A stretch of 63,560 nt of DNA, filler included. It is 4 parts of 4 records of this genome, joined end to end, with 100 filler letters (N's around TTAATTAATTAA, not from the genome) between each part and the next. Parts side by side here need not be neighbours in the genome. Positions count along the whole stretch, not along the records: positions 27,240 to 56,924 come from SRR31156797_4496; 3 more parts are not named here. One strand, given 5' to 3'. The position numbers and the translations under genes were made by a program. The notes beneath the pieces were generated by a model that was not told the origin of the DNA, did no database searches, and was given only the letters and a program-made list of their open reading frames with translations. This document shows, piece by piece, positions 41,433-51,429 of this stretch; position 1 is the stretch's first letter, and every line of letters begins with the position of its first letter.

Positions 41433-42694
41433 AGTTTTTTATCCTTTATATAGGATTCAAATTCAGATCTAAATTTCATAATAAACCCATCGATCACATC
41501 TGATGCAGCTGGGGCAAATACACAGATAGTTTGTCCATTCATCGTTTTTGATATCTCTAAAGCTTTATCGATATCCGCACCTTTAGCAATACCATCTAAA
41601 ATATTCTTTAGAATTGTATCAACCCAACCTGTCCCTTCACGACATGGAGTACATTGACCACACGATTCATGATGATAAAACTCAAGAAGATTTTTTAAGG
41701 CTTCTACCATATTAGTATCTTCATCCATTACGATCATTCCACCTGTTCCTAAAGCCGATCCAAGCTCTCTCATACTTTCATAATCAAGTTTTGCTTCCAT
41801 CACCTCATCGTATGTTAGTATTTTTGTAGAAGCCCCTCCAGGAATTACCGCTTTTAATTTTTTATCCCCTTTGATTCCACCACCATAGTGATTGATATAA
41901 TCGATCATTGGGGTTCCAAACTCTGCTTCATACACTCCTGGAGTTTTTACATGTCCACTCATAGCAAATAAAAGTGTCCCAGGAGAACATTCTGTACCAA
42001 AGCTTCTATACCCTTGCGCTCCATTTTCTATGATAAAAGGAACCGTTGCAATAGTCTCAACATTATTGACTAAGGTTGGCAAACCAAAATACCATTCACA
42101 CTCTTTTTGGTGAGGCTTTAATCTTGGATGTCCACGTTTCCCTTCCATAGATTCTAAAAGAGCAGATTTCTCTCCACAGATATAAGCTCCTGCTCCTCTA
42201 TGGATAGTAATATCTAAGGAAAACTCACTCTTTCCAAGTACATTTTTTCCTATCATATTTGCAAGGTATAGTTCATCAATCGCTTTTTGTAAGATATCTT
42301 GAAACTGTTTATATTCTCCCCGAATATAAATATATGCTTTGTCTGCTTTTATAGCATAACAAGTACAGATGATCCCCTCAAGTAAAAGGTGTGGGTCTTT
42401 TGTGATAATCTGTCTATCTTTAAAAGTTCCCGGTTCGCTCTCATCACAATTTACTGCTAAGACATTAAACCCTTCATCATGAAGTGGCATCAACGCCCAT
42501 TTATCACCTGCACTAGCACCTCCTCCACCTTTTCCTCGAAGTCCACTTTGTCTAATTATCTCTATAATTTCTTCTTTTTCCATAGAAAAAAGCTTTTCAC
42601 TCCAAGCATAAGCACCATGCTCTTTGGCTACTTCTAAAGAGGTGATATTCTCTATCTCAAAACGTGAGCTAACAATTTTTTTATCTTCAATCAT
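41429..42694 (-). CDS. nuoF: NADH-quinone oxidoreductase subunit F (FMN/NADH-binding)
   Basis: SGLRGKGGG, NCDESEPGTFKDR, GAGAYICGE, NNVET, ESCGQCTPCREG. Confidence 0.95.
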   Translation of the reverse strand: MIEDKKIVSSRFEIENITSLEVAKEHGAYAWSEKLFSMEKEEIIEIIRQSGLRGKGGGGASAGDKWALMPLHDEGFNVLAVNCDESEPGTFKDRQIITKDPHLLLEGIICTCYAIKADKAYIYIRGEYKQFQDILQKAIDELYLANMIGKNVLGKSEFSLDITIHRGAGAYICGEKSALLESMEGKRGHPRLKPHQKECEWYFGLPTLVNNVETIATVPFIIENGAQGYRSFGTECSPGTLLFAMSGHVKTPGVYEAEFGTPMIDYINHYGGGIKGDKKLKAVIPGGASTKILTYDEVMEAKLDYESMRELGSALGTGGMIVMDEDTNMVEALKNLLEFYHHESCGQCTPCREGTGWVDTILKNILDGIAKGADIDKALEISKTMNGQTICVFAPAASDVIDGFIMKFRSEFESYIKDKKL

Positions 42695-43167
42695 TGTGCT
42701 AACTCCTTTAAAATATCTACTGTACTCTCACGAGTAAGGTTTTCATAATAGATATCATTGATCTGCATCACTGGTGCTGTGCCACATGAACCTAAACATT
42801 CCACTTGAGAAAGGGTAAACTTTCCATCACTTGTGGTTTCTCCAATATCAATCTTTAGATACTCTTTAATAGCTTCAACGATCTCACTCTTTCCACATAA
42901 TGAACATGAAAGTGTTTTACATACTTGAAGATGATACTTTCCTATTGGTTCAAGATTAAACATCGTATAAAAAGTAGCAACTTTATATATCTCCATAAGG
43001 TGATGATTTGAGAGTTTAGCGATCTCTTGCATCGCTTCGATTGAGATATATCCCTCTTGATATTGTGCCATCCAAAGTAGTGGTAAAGATAAAGCTTTTG
43101 GATCAGGATATCTTGTTTTTAAAGCTTCTATTGTTTTTAAATTTTCATCAGTAAAAGAAAAACTCAT
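42691..43167 (-). CDS. nuoE: NADH-quinone oxidoreductase subunit E
   Basis: VATFYTMF, VCKTLSC, VECLGSC [2Fe-2S] motifs. Confidence 0.95.
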   Translation of the reverse strand: MSFSFTDENLKTIEALKTRYPDPKALSLPLLWMAQYQEGYISIEAMQEIAKLSNHHLMEIYKVATFYTMFNLEPIGKYHLQVCKTLSCSLCGKSEIVEAIKEYLKIDIGETTSDGKFTLSQVECLGSCGTAPVMQINDIYYENLTRESTVDILKELAQ

Positions 43168-44849
43168 CTATCCATCTCCCCTGCAATGATATTGAGACTA
43201 CTTAAGGTAATAATTGCATCTCCAACTTGATAGTTTTCAATAATCTTTGGATAAGACTGCATATGTAAAAAACTTGGTGGTCGTACCTTTACTCTATATG
43301 GCGTTCCACTCCCATCACTAACAATGGTAAATCCAAGTTCTCCATTTGCAGCTTCATAGGCTCCATAATAAGTTTGTGTTGGAACCTTTACCCCTTCATA
43401 GGTAAGTTTAAATTGATTCATCACACCCTCAATACTTGTATAGACTTGATCTTTTTTAGGAAGAATAATACTATGATCATCCATATTAATAGCACCATCT
43501 GGGATATTTTTTACAGCCTGTCGTATAACTTTTATACTCTCGATCATCTCATAAAAACGAACCATAAAACGATCATAAGTATCACCAGTTGAGCCAACGA
43601 CTAATTCAAAATCAAACTGATCATACATATCATAAGGTTTATCAAATCGAAGATCATAAGGCACACCTGATGCTCTTAGGTTTGGTCCAGTGTATCCAAA
43701 ACTAATAGCATCTTCAGCGCTTACAGCTCCTACATTTTGTGTTCGATCGTGAAAGATTCTATTTTTTTCCACCATCATTAAACTTTGATCGATCCCTTTT
43801 TCGATCTTTTTTAAAACAGCTTCAAGTTCCTCTTCCCAGCCACGATGAAGATCATGGGTCATCCCACCTACTCTCATATAACTGTTCGTTAGTCTCGCAC
43901 CAGTTAATCTACTTAAAAAATCATAGGCGTCATTTCTTGGATTAAACAGATACCAATAGTTGGTTTGCGCTCCCATATCAAGTAAAGCAGCTGCTAAACA
44001 CACAAGATGATCGATCACCCGTGAAAGCTCACTTATAATTACTCTTATAAATATCCCACGTTCAGGTAAAGTAACCCCTAACATATCTTCTACTGTTTTT
44101 ACAAACCCGATATTATTCATAATCGCTGAACAATAATTAAGTCTATCTGTATAGGGAACTATTTGATTATAGGTGTGATTCTCACATGATTTTTCAAAGC
44201 CTCGGTGAAGATAGCCTATCTCACTTGCCCCACATTTGATCTTTTCCCCATCAAGTGCAACTATCGTTCTAATAGTTCCATGACTTGCAGGGTGTGAGGG
44301 TCCAAGGTTTAATATCATCAAATTATCTTTGATCATATCAAGATTTCGCTCTTTAAGTAGTGGTGCCATCTCGTCCATCATATCTTGGGTTGTAGTACAA
44401 TACTGCCCTTTTGTGATTGGATAGTCTTTTCTTAAAGGGTGTCCAACAAATTCTAGATGATTTAAAACTCGTTTTAAAAGTGGGTGAGCGCTAAAATTGA
44501 TCCCATATTGATCCCACACTTCTCGCTCTAACCAATCAGCTGCTTTAAAGAGTGTTGTAATACTCTCAAGCCCTGCTTTTTCATCTTCTATCAGAGTTTG
44601 TAAAGCAAGAGTTTGTTTAAAATCTTTATGTCTAAAAAGATAGATCAATCCAAAACGCCCGCCATTGTGCCCTTTATAGTTAAGATAATCTATCCCAGCA
44701 ATATCAAGTAAAAAAGAAAACTCTAAAGTGTTTTTTAGATAAGTAACGATCTGTAAAATATCTTTTGAAGGGACTTTATAAAGTGGTGTATCACCCATAT
44801 CACACTGTTGATCAATATTAGGAAACTGCTCTATTAGTTTAGTCATCAA
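43164..44849 (-). CDS. nuoCD: Fused NADH-quinone oxidoreductase subunit C/D
   Basis: NuoC part WLEREVWD...GHPLRKDYP fused to Nuo[31 protein letters not shown]. Confidence 0.94.
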   Translation of the reverse strand: MMTKLIEQFPNIDQQCDMGDTPLYKVPSKDILQIVTYLKNTLEFSFLLDIAGIDYLNYKGHNGGRFGLIYLFRHKDFKQTLALQTLIEDEKAGLESITTLFKAADWLEREVWDQYGINFSAHPLLKRVLNHLEFVGHPLRKDYPITKGQYCTTTQDMMDEMAPLLKERNLDMIKDNLMILNLGPSHPASHGTIRTIVALDGEKIKCGASEIGYLHRGFEKSCENHTYNQIVPYTDRLNYCSAIMNNIGFVKTVEDMLGVTLPERGIFIRVIISELSRVIDHLVCLAAALLDMGAQTNYWYLFNPRNDAYDFLSRLTGARLTNSYMRVGGMTHDLHRGWEEELEAVLKKIEKGIDQSLMMVEKNRIFHDRTQNVGAVSAEDAISFGYTGPNLRASGVPYDLRFDKPYDMYDQFDFELVVGSTGDTYDRFMVRFYEMIESIKVIRQAVKNIPDGAINMDDHSIILPKKDQVYTSIEGVMNQFKLTYEGVKVPTQTYYGAYEAANGELGFTIVSDGSGTPYRVKVRPPSFLHMQSYPKIIENYQVGDAIITLSSLNIIAGEMDR

Positions 44850-45357
44850 GTTTCCCTTTGAAATCTTTGTGATCTTGTAGATCTAAAGAGGACTCTTCCC
44901 AAAGCTGTTTTTGTATCCCCATCACCGCATCAAGTATCGCTTCAGGTCTAGGAGGACAGCCTGCAATATACACATCCACTGGGATAATCTCATCAATTCC
45001 TTGAAGCGTAGTGTAGTTATCATAAAATCCACCACTACAAGCACATGCTCCCATACTCACTACCCATTTAGGCTCAGGCATCTGATCATAGATCTGTTTT
45101 AAAATAGGAGCTTGTTTATAGCTAATAGTTCCTGCTACAAAAAGAAGATCTGCATGTCTTGGAGAAAACCGTAAAACTTCTGCTCCAAAACGGGAGATAT
45201 CATAACGACTTGCTGCTGTTGCCATAAATTCAATGGCACAACATGCAGTTCCAAAGACCATAGGCCATAGTGAAGATTGTCTTCCCCAGTTAACTACTGC
45301 ATCAAGTCGTGTAGTGACAACTGCATCGCCTAATAGATTCTGTGCACTTACGTCCAT
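44839..45357 (-). CDS. nuoB: NADH-quinone oxidoreductase subunit B
   Basis: [31 protein letters not shown]. Confidence 0.96.
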   Translation of the reverse strand: MDVSAQNLLGDAVVTTRLDAVVNWGRQSSLWPMVFGTACCAIEFMATAASRYDISRFGAEVLRFSPRHADLLFVAGTISYKQAPILKQIYDQMPEPKWVVSMGACACSGGFYDNYTTLQGIDEIIPVDVYIAGCPPRPEAILDAVMGIQKQLWEESSLDLQDHKDFKGKLDD

Positions 45358-45710
45358 TTTAACACCCCTGATTTATATACATAGATAAGCCCCGCAACCA
45401 AAATACCTACAAATACGAACATTTCGATCATCCCAAACATTCCAAGCTCTCGAAGCTGAATCGCCCATGGGAACATAAATAAAATCTCTACATCAAAAAG
45501 TAAAAAAATTATCCCTACGGTATAAAATTTTATATTAAATGTATCATAAGGATCTTTGTGGGTGAATCGTATACCACTCTCATAAGGTTCATTCTTTCTA
45601 GTATTATCGCTTTTAGCACCTAAGTATTTTGTTAGGTGAAAAACAACAGGCAAGGCTACAACAAGCACTAAAATAACACTTGATGCTAAAATCAAATTTG
45701 CAGACATCAT
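45348..45710 (-). CDS. nuoA: NADH-quinone oxidoreductase subunit A
   Basis: PYESG, FLLFDVE, FPWA, GVLKW. Confidence 0.94.
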   Translation of the reverse strand: MMSANLILASSVILVLVVALPVVFHLTKYLGAKSDNTRKNEPYESGIRFTHKDPYDTFNIKFYTVGIIFLLFDVEILFMFPWAIQLRELGMFGMIEMFVFVGILVAGLIYVYKSGVLKWT

Positions 45711-45740
45711 ATAATTCCATTTTTAGATTTATTAGTATGT

Positions 45741-45772
45741 ATTATACATAGATTAAATTTCAACTAGGTTAC
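45741..45772 (-). promoter_or_regulatory. Direct-repeat box + -10 upstream of nuoA
   Basis: Minus strand: GTAACC-tagtt-GAAATT-N9-TATAAT. Confidence 0.6.
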
Positions 45773-45804
45773 AAAGCAGCAATTTTTTAAAATTCTTTAT
45801 TTTC

Positions 45805-45836
45805 GTAACCAAAGTGCAACTCTTTTTTGTTAGGAT
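45805..45836 (+). promoter_or_regulatory. Direct-repeat box + -10 upstream of EAL-GGDEF gene
   Basis: GTAACC-aaagt-GCAACT-N9-TAGGAT. Confidence 0.65.
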
Positions 45837-45865
45837 TCCGTCAAAATATTATTTGGGAATAATGG

Positions 45866-47629
45866 ATGATAGATAAAAAGTGGACTAGCATAATTGAAAT
45901 ACTTGATTTTGCTTTTCAACCGATCGTAAATATAAAAAGTGGTCGAATCTTTGGAGTAGAAGCACTTTTAAGAAACCATAAAGAAGCTGCAGGATTTAAC
46001 TCTATTTATAATCTTTTTGATGAAGCGTACCACGATGGAGTATTGTATCAATTAGATCTCGAACTTCGTATCAAAGCGATCAAAAAATTTAAAACTATAG
46101 ATGTGGAAAACATCAAACTATTTTATAATATCGATAATCGTTTGATCTATATGCCTGATTTTACAAGTGGAAATACCAGTGAACTTCTTGAAAAACTCCA
46201 ACTACCTAAAAGCACCCTTTGTCTAGAGATCAGCGAAAAAGCTACGATACATGATTCTAGTTCTGTACAAAACCTTATTAATAGATATACCAAAGATGGC
46301 TTTGATGTATCAGTTGATAACTTTGGGACAGGGATTGCTGGTCTACAAATTTTATACTATGCACAAAATGATTATATAAAAATAGATCGTTTTTTTGTGA
46401 GTGATATCCATACAGATGCTAAGAAAAGACTTTTTTGTAGCAATATAGTCAATATGGCTCATCTTATGGGTCTCAAAGTGATCGCCAATGGCTTAGAAGA
46501 GGAGGAAGAGTACCTTACTTGTAAAGATATTGGAATAGACTTCATCCAAGGTTTTTTAATTCAAAAACCAAAACTTGATATGGGGAAGATCAAAGCAAAA
46601 TATAATGTGATCAGTGATCTATATAAAAATGATCAAAGAAACTATACTTCAAATATGATTGATAAATCAAAAATAGAGTATATTGAACCTATTAGTATCC
46701 ATACCTCTTTACATGATCTTTTTATCTATTTTCAATCAAACCCTGAGAATATCTTTGTACCAATTATTGATGACCTTGATCAACTCAAAGGGGTGATCTA
46801 CGAAAAAGATATTAAAAAACTTTCCTATTCACAATATGGAATATCCTTAGCTAAAAATGACCAAAGCAATTCTAATTCTAGAATCAAACAGTTTATAAAA
46901 AACGCCATCTCTTCAGAAATCACATGGGGTGTAGATAAAGTACTACAAATCTATAATATGGACAGAGAAAGCTCTTTTGGTATCTTTATCACTAAAAATG
47001 GAAAATATCATGGGTTTATCGATGTTAATAATCTTTTATCAATCTCATATAATAGAAACTTAGAAATAGCAAAAGATCAAAATCCACTTACAAAGCTTCC
47101 TGGAAATCATCAAATTGATATCTTTATCAATGAAGCTTTAGAGTGTAAAAATGATAAAACCTATCATATCGTGTATTTTGATTTTAATGATTTCAAACCA
47201 TTTAATGATGCTTATGGCTTTAGACAAGGGGATCGTGCTATTATGATCTTTGCGGATATTTTAAAAACGATTTTGCCAAATGATACTTTTACCGCGCATA
47301 TTGGTGGAGATGACTTTTTTATGGGCTTTAGAGAAAAAGAGTATCAAGAGGTATATGAATTAACTGATATGGTACAACACAAATTTAGAGATCAAGTCCT
47401 AAACCTTTACAATGAAAAAGACAAAAAAAATGGTTATATCGAAACAGCTGATAGATTTGGAATAAAGCGTAAATTTAATCTTCTTGGAGTATGTAGTGCC
47501 ATTGTAGAGATTGTTTCACAAAAGACTCCAAAAGATCTTGATCTTGTCCTTGGAAAATTAAAAAAAGAAGCAAAAAAATCGTTTTTACCACTAGGATCTT
47601 CGATTCGTGATACTGACTCTTGTAACTAA
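45866..47629 (+). CDS. EAL - (CBS-like) - GGDEF c-di-GMP signalling protein
   Basis: FQPIV...GVEALLR, DNFGTG, KIDRFF, QGF (EAL); NPLTKLPG, DFNDFKPFNDAYG...GD, HIGGDDF (GGDEF). Confidence 0.9.
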   Translation: MIDKKWTSIIEILDFAFQPIVNIKSGRIFGVEALLRNHKEAAGFNSIYNLFDEAYHDGVLYQLDLELRIKAIKKFKTIDVENIKLFYNIDNRLIYMPDFTSGNTSELLEKLQLPKSTLCLEISEKATIHDSSSVQNLINRYTKDGFDVSVDNFGTGIAGLQILYYAQNDYIKIDRFFVSDIHTDAKKRLFCSNIVNMAHLMGLKVIANGLEEEEEYLTCKDIGIDFIQGFLIQKPKLDMGKIKAKYNVISDLYKNDQRNYTSNMIDKSKIEYIEPISIHTSLHDLFIYFQSNPENIFVPIIDDLDQLKGVIYEKDIKKLSYSQYGISLAKNDQSNSNSRIKQFIKNAISSEITWGVDKVLQIYNMDRESSFGIFITKNGKYHGFIDVNNLLSISYNRNLEIAKDQNPLTKLPGNHQIDIFINEALECKNDKTYHIVYFDFNDFKPFNDAYGFRQGDRAIMIFADILKTILPNDTFTAHIGGDDFFMGFREKEYQEVYELTDMVQHKFRDQVLNLYNEKDKKNGYIETADRFGIKRKFNLLGVCSAIVEIVSQKTPKDLDLVLGKLKKEAKKSFLPLGSSIRDTDSCN

Positions 47630-47653
47630 CTTGTAATCGAAAATTATTATCAT
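47622..47653 (+). promoter_or_regulatory. Direct-repeat box + -10 upstream of phoX
   Basis: GTAACT-aactt-GTAATC-N9-TATCAT. Confidence 0.75.
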
Positions 47654-47684
47654 TCCAACGCAAAAAAATCACAAAAGGAAAATT

Positions 47685-49508
47685 ATGAATAAAAAAACTA
47701 TTCTAAAAAGTTTAGTAGCAACATCAGTAATTGGTATGACATTTACTGCTTGTTCACAACCTGAGATGGCACAAGTAAATAAAATGGGACACAATGATAT
47801 CTACTTTAAGCCAGTTGCAGCTCCTGTAACTGATGCTCAAAAGAAAAAGATCATGGCAAGTGAAGAGGTTGTTATCAATGGAACTGTACACAAAATCGGT
47901 TGGCATACACTTGCAAGAACTGGACAAAAACTTCCAAGTCTTGATGGAAAAACTATGGAGATCTTTGGTCAAGTAAAAAATGAGATGGGTCAACCAATCA
48001 ATCATAAAGATGGGAGCCCATTTGTTTGTAAAACAAGTAAAGATGGATCAGGACCTGATCATACAACACTTCATGAAAAAGATGGTGAGCTTTTTGCTAT
48101 CACTCAATTTGAGTGTGGGCCTGGAGCTATGTACATTTCAAGATTAGAAAAAACTGAAAATGGTGGGCTTAAAGCAGTGGCTACAAGTCATATCTCTCAA
48201 GCTGAGTATCAAGGTGGATGGGTACACTGTGCTGGTATGAAAACTCCATGGGGATCACATTTAGGGTCTGAAGAGTATGAGCCAAATGCTAAAAAAGCGG
48301 AAAAAGATGAGTATTATCAAAACTTTGATCTTTACTTTAAAGATGGAAAAGCTGCTTTAAATCCATACTACTGGGGATGGACTCCTGAAGTTACTATCAA
48401 AAACAAATCTGGTGAAACTGAATATGTAAAACACTACTCTATGGGTAGATTTGCACATGAACTTGCATATGTTATGCCAGATCAAAAAACAGTTTATTTA
48501 AGTGATGATGGTACAAATGGAGCTTTATTTATGTTTATTGCTGATGAGCCAAAAGATTTAAGTAAAGGTACTTTATACGCAGCTAAACTTACTCAAAAAG
48601 ATGAGAAAAATGGTGGAGTATTTGATGTATCTTGGATCAACCTTGGAAATGCAAAAAATGATACAATCAAAGCTGCAATAAGTAAAAAACTAACTTTTGA
48701 TGATATTTTTGAATCAGCAAAACCAAATGGAGCAAACTGTCCAAGTGGATTTACTTCAATCAATACAACTGCAGGACATGAGTGTTTAAAAGTGAAACCT
48801 GGTCGAGCGATCACTGCAAGTAGATTAGAATCTAGAAGATATGCAGCAATGAAAGGTGCAACGACTGAGTTTAGAAAAAAAGAGGGAATCACTTTTGATC
48901 CAAGACGAGGAAATGTATATCTTGCAATGTCAAGAATCCAATATGGTATGGAAGATTTTGCTAAAAAAGGGAAAAAGAACGATAAATATGATATCGGTGG
49001 AAACAATGATATCAAGCTTCCTTTAAATAGCTGTGGTGGAGTGTATAAACTACCAGTTGGTGAAGCTCATGATGATAAAGGTGAGATGATCCCTTCAATG
49101 GCAGTTATTACTTCTATGTCTGGTGAAGTTATGGGTGAGATGAAAAAATATCCAAAAGGAAGCGAGTTTGATGGAAATAAATGTGCTATTGATAAAATTG
49201 CAGAACCAGATAACTTAAGCTTTATTGATAACTCTGATATCTTAATCATTGGGGAAGATACTGGTGCACATCAAATTGATTATGTTTGGGCATATAATGT
49301 TGTAACAAAAGATATCACTAGAATCTTAACAACTCCATATGGATCTGAAACAACTTCTCCATTTTGGTATCCAAATATTGCAGGAAATGCATATATGACA
49401 ACTGTTATTCAACACCCATTTGGTGAATCTGATAAAGAGAAAAAAGACTCTCCAGCAGATATTGAGTCTTGGATCGGTGTAGTTGGACCATTCCCAGCTT
49501 TTAAATAA
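47685..49508 (+). CDS. phoX: PhoX-family alkaline phosphatase (lipoprotein)
   Basis: HCAG.KTPWG.HL.SEE, MGRFAHE, YLSDD, PDNL, IGED, GSETT, QHP motifs of PhoX/DUF839; lipobox FTAC. Confidence 0.85.
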   Translation: MNKKTILKSLVATSVIGMTFTACSQPEMAQVNKMGHNDIYFKPVAAPVTDAQKKKIMASEEVVINGTVHKIGWHTLARTGQKLPSLDGKTMEIFGQVKNEMGQPINHKDGSPFVCKTSKDGSGPDHTTLHEKDGELFAITQFECGPGAMYISRLEKTENGGLKAVATSHISQAEYQGGWVHCAGMKTPWGSHLGSEEYEPNAKKAEKDEYYQNFDLYFKDGKAALNPYYWGWTPEVTIKNKSGETEYVKHYSMGRFAHELAYVMPDQKTVYLSDDGTNGALFMFIADEPKDLSKGTLYAAKLTQKDEKNGGVFDVSWINLGNAKNDTIKAAISKKLTFDDIFESAKPNGANCPSGFTSINTTAGHECLKVKPGRAITASRLESRRYAAMKGATTEFRKKEGITFDPRRGNVYLAMSRIQYGMEDFAKKGKKNDKYDIGGNNDIKLPLNSCGGVYKLPVGEAHDDKGEMIPSMAVITSMSGEVMGEMKKYPKGSEFDGNKCAIDKIAEPDNLSFIDNSDILIIGEDTGAHQIDYVWAYNVVTKDITRILTTPYGSETTSPFWYPNIAGNAYMTTVIQHPFGESDKEKKDSPADIESWIGVVGPFPAFK

Positions 49509-49516
49509 TACTATTT

Positions 49517-49550
49517 TATATACAGAGAACTTCTCTGTATATAGATCTTT
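49517..49550 (+). terminator. Perfect hairpin after phoX
   Basis: TATATACAGAGAA-c-TTCTCTGTATATA followed by a T-rich tail. Confidence 0.65.
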
Positions 49551-49598
49551 TTTAAACTTCTATCTTTATTAATACATAATATTACAAGGTTATTTCAA

Positions 49599-51350
49599 AT
49601 GCAAAAAAATATTTTTTTATTTTTATTATTTCTTCATACAACTCTTTTTTCTTCAAATGTAGATCTAAAAAACAATACACTTATTAATCAATCCGCTTAT
49701 ATAAACTCACAATGTTATACAAAAACAGAAGATTCAATAGATAAAAACCTTTTACACAATCCATGCTATAGCTGCCATACTAAAAATAAAGAACCAAATT
49801 TTTCTTTTGGAGATGATGATCTCCAGAGTGCCTATGATTTTCCCTATCCAGCTTTAAAAAACCCTTGGACAAACCTTTTTAAAGATAGAACACAAGAGGT
49901 TTCACAAATAACTGATACTGAAATATTACATTATATAAATCAAAACAACTATATACAAAACAATCAAATAATTTTAAAAAATAAACTTACTACTCTTCCA
50001 TCTTCATGGGATCATAATGAGAATGGAAAATGGGATGGATATATCCCAGATTGTTACTTTAATTTTGATAATGAGGGATTTGATAAAGATCCAAATAATA
50101 TCTACACAGGATGGAGATCATTTGCTTATAGACCATTTTTAGGAACCTTTTGGCCTACCAATGGAAGTACAGATGATGTGATCATACGACTTGATAAGGT
50201 TTTTATGCAAAATGAAAAAGGGGAATTTGATCTTGATATTTATAAACTCAATCTTTTAATTGTAGAATCACTTATTAAACAAGCTGATATAGATATTGAT
50301 CCAAGGGATGAAAAAAAATATGGCTATGATATGGATCAAAATGGAAAACTTAATATTGCAAACAAAATAGTTTTTAAATGGAAACAGCCTACCTATAATC
50401 AAGAGACTTTTAAGATCTCTGGCTTTTCAATGACCTATGTGGGAAAAGCAAAAACACTTCTAGAACAAAACAAAGTTTTAATAGCTCCTGGTCTTTATCC
50501 AGTGGGAACAGAATTTTTACACTCTGTAAGATATATAGGAGTTGATAAAAACAATGAAATAGTGATGGCTCCAAGAATGAAAGAGCTTCGATATGGGAAA
50601 AAAATGGCATGGAAAACCTATTATGAGCTTAAAAATAATGGACTTGGAAAACTAAAAGAAAAAGATGATTTTGGAGATAGACTTGATCAGTTTTTAGGAA
50701 ACTCTGAAACAGGTTTATATAATGGACTGGGATGGAGATATCAAGGGTTTATCGAAGACAAACAAGGGGATCTTCGTCCACAAAGTTATGAAGAGACCCA
50801 TTTTTGTATAGGGTGTCATAATAATATAGGGGCTATTGCTGATTCCACTTTTGTATTTCAAAGAAAACTTGGACACGATTCTTTTCAAAAAGGGTGGTAC
50901 CACTGGAGCCAAAAAGGTCTAAAAGGGATCACAGATCGAATGCTAAAAAATGGTGATACAGAATATGTACAATATCTAAAGACTAATAACGCTGGAGATG
51001 AGTTTAGACAAAATCAAGAGGTGATGGAAAAGTTTTTTGTAAAAGGTTGGGAAAAAGATAAAGAGAATATTCAAAAAGATCTTATTGAAAAACTAGAAAA
51101 TCCTGATATTTATCAAAAACAGTATTGGAAACTCAAAAGAGATGAAGTTAAAAAACTTCAAAAAGATATATCACATTTGATCCTACCAAGTCCTAAAAGA
51201 GCAATAGAATTGAATAAAGCTTATAAAGTGATCGTAGATGAACAAAGTTATATCTATGGACGTGAACCTCATATAAAACCTCTAACAAATGTCCATAAAG
51301 AGGTAAAAGATGGACAAATGACACAACTACAAAAAGTGTATAACGAATAA
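49599..51350 (+). CDS. Exported hypothetical protein with two CxxCH heme-binding motifs
   Basis: Signal peptide; CYSCH and CIGCH. Confidence 0.65.
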   Translation: MQKNIFLFLLFLHTTLFSSNVDLKNNTLINQSAYINSQCYTKTEDSIDKNLLHNPCYSCHTKNKEPNFSFGDDDLQSAYDFPYPALKNPWTNLFKDRTQEVSQITDTEILHYINQNNYIQNNQIILKNKLTTLPSSWDHNENGKWDGYIPDCYFNFDNEGFDKDPNNIYTGWRSFAYRPFLGTFWPTNGSTDDVIIRLDKVFMQNEKGEFDLDIYKLNLLIVESLIKQADIDIDPRDEKKYGYDMDQNGKLNIANKIVFKWKQPTYNQETFKISGFSMTYVGKAKTLLEQNKVLIAPGLYPVGTEFLHSVRYIGVDKNNEIVMAPRMKELRYGKKMAWKTYYELKNNGLGKLKEKDDFGDRLDQFLGNSETGLYNGLGWRYQGFIEDKQGDLRPQSYEETHFCIGCHNNIGAIADSTFVFQRKLGHDSFQKGWYHWSQKGLKGITDRMLKNGDTEYVQYLKTNNAGDEFRQNQEVMEKFFVKGWEKDKENIQKDLIEKLENPDIYQKQYWKLKRDEVKKLQKDISHLILPSPKRAIELNKAYKVIVDEQSYIYGREPHIKPLTNVHKEVKDGQMTQLQKVYNE

Positions 51351-51363
51351 GTAAAATTTATCT

Positions 51364-51395
51364 GTAACCAAAAAGTAATCCAGTTGTACTAAAAT
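51364..51395 (+). promoter_or_regulatory. Direct-repeat box + -10 upstream of OlsF-like gene
   Basis: GTAACC-aaaaa-GTAATC-N9-TAAAAT. Confidence 0.75.
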
Positions 51396-51429
51396 ACCGA
51401 GTTAAATACATCACTAGGAATATCACCAT

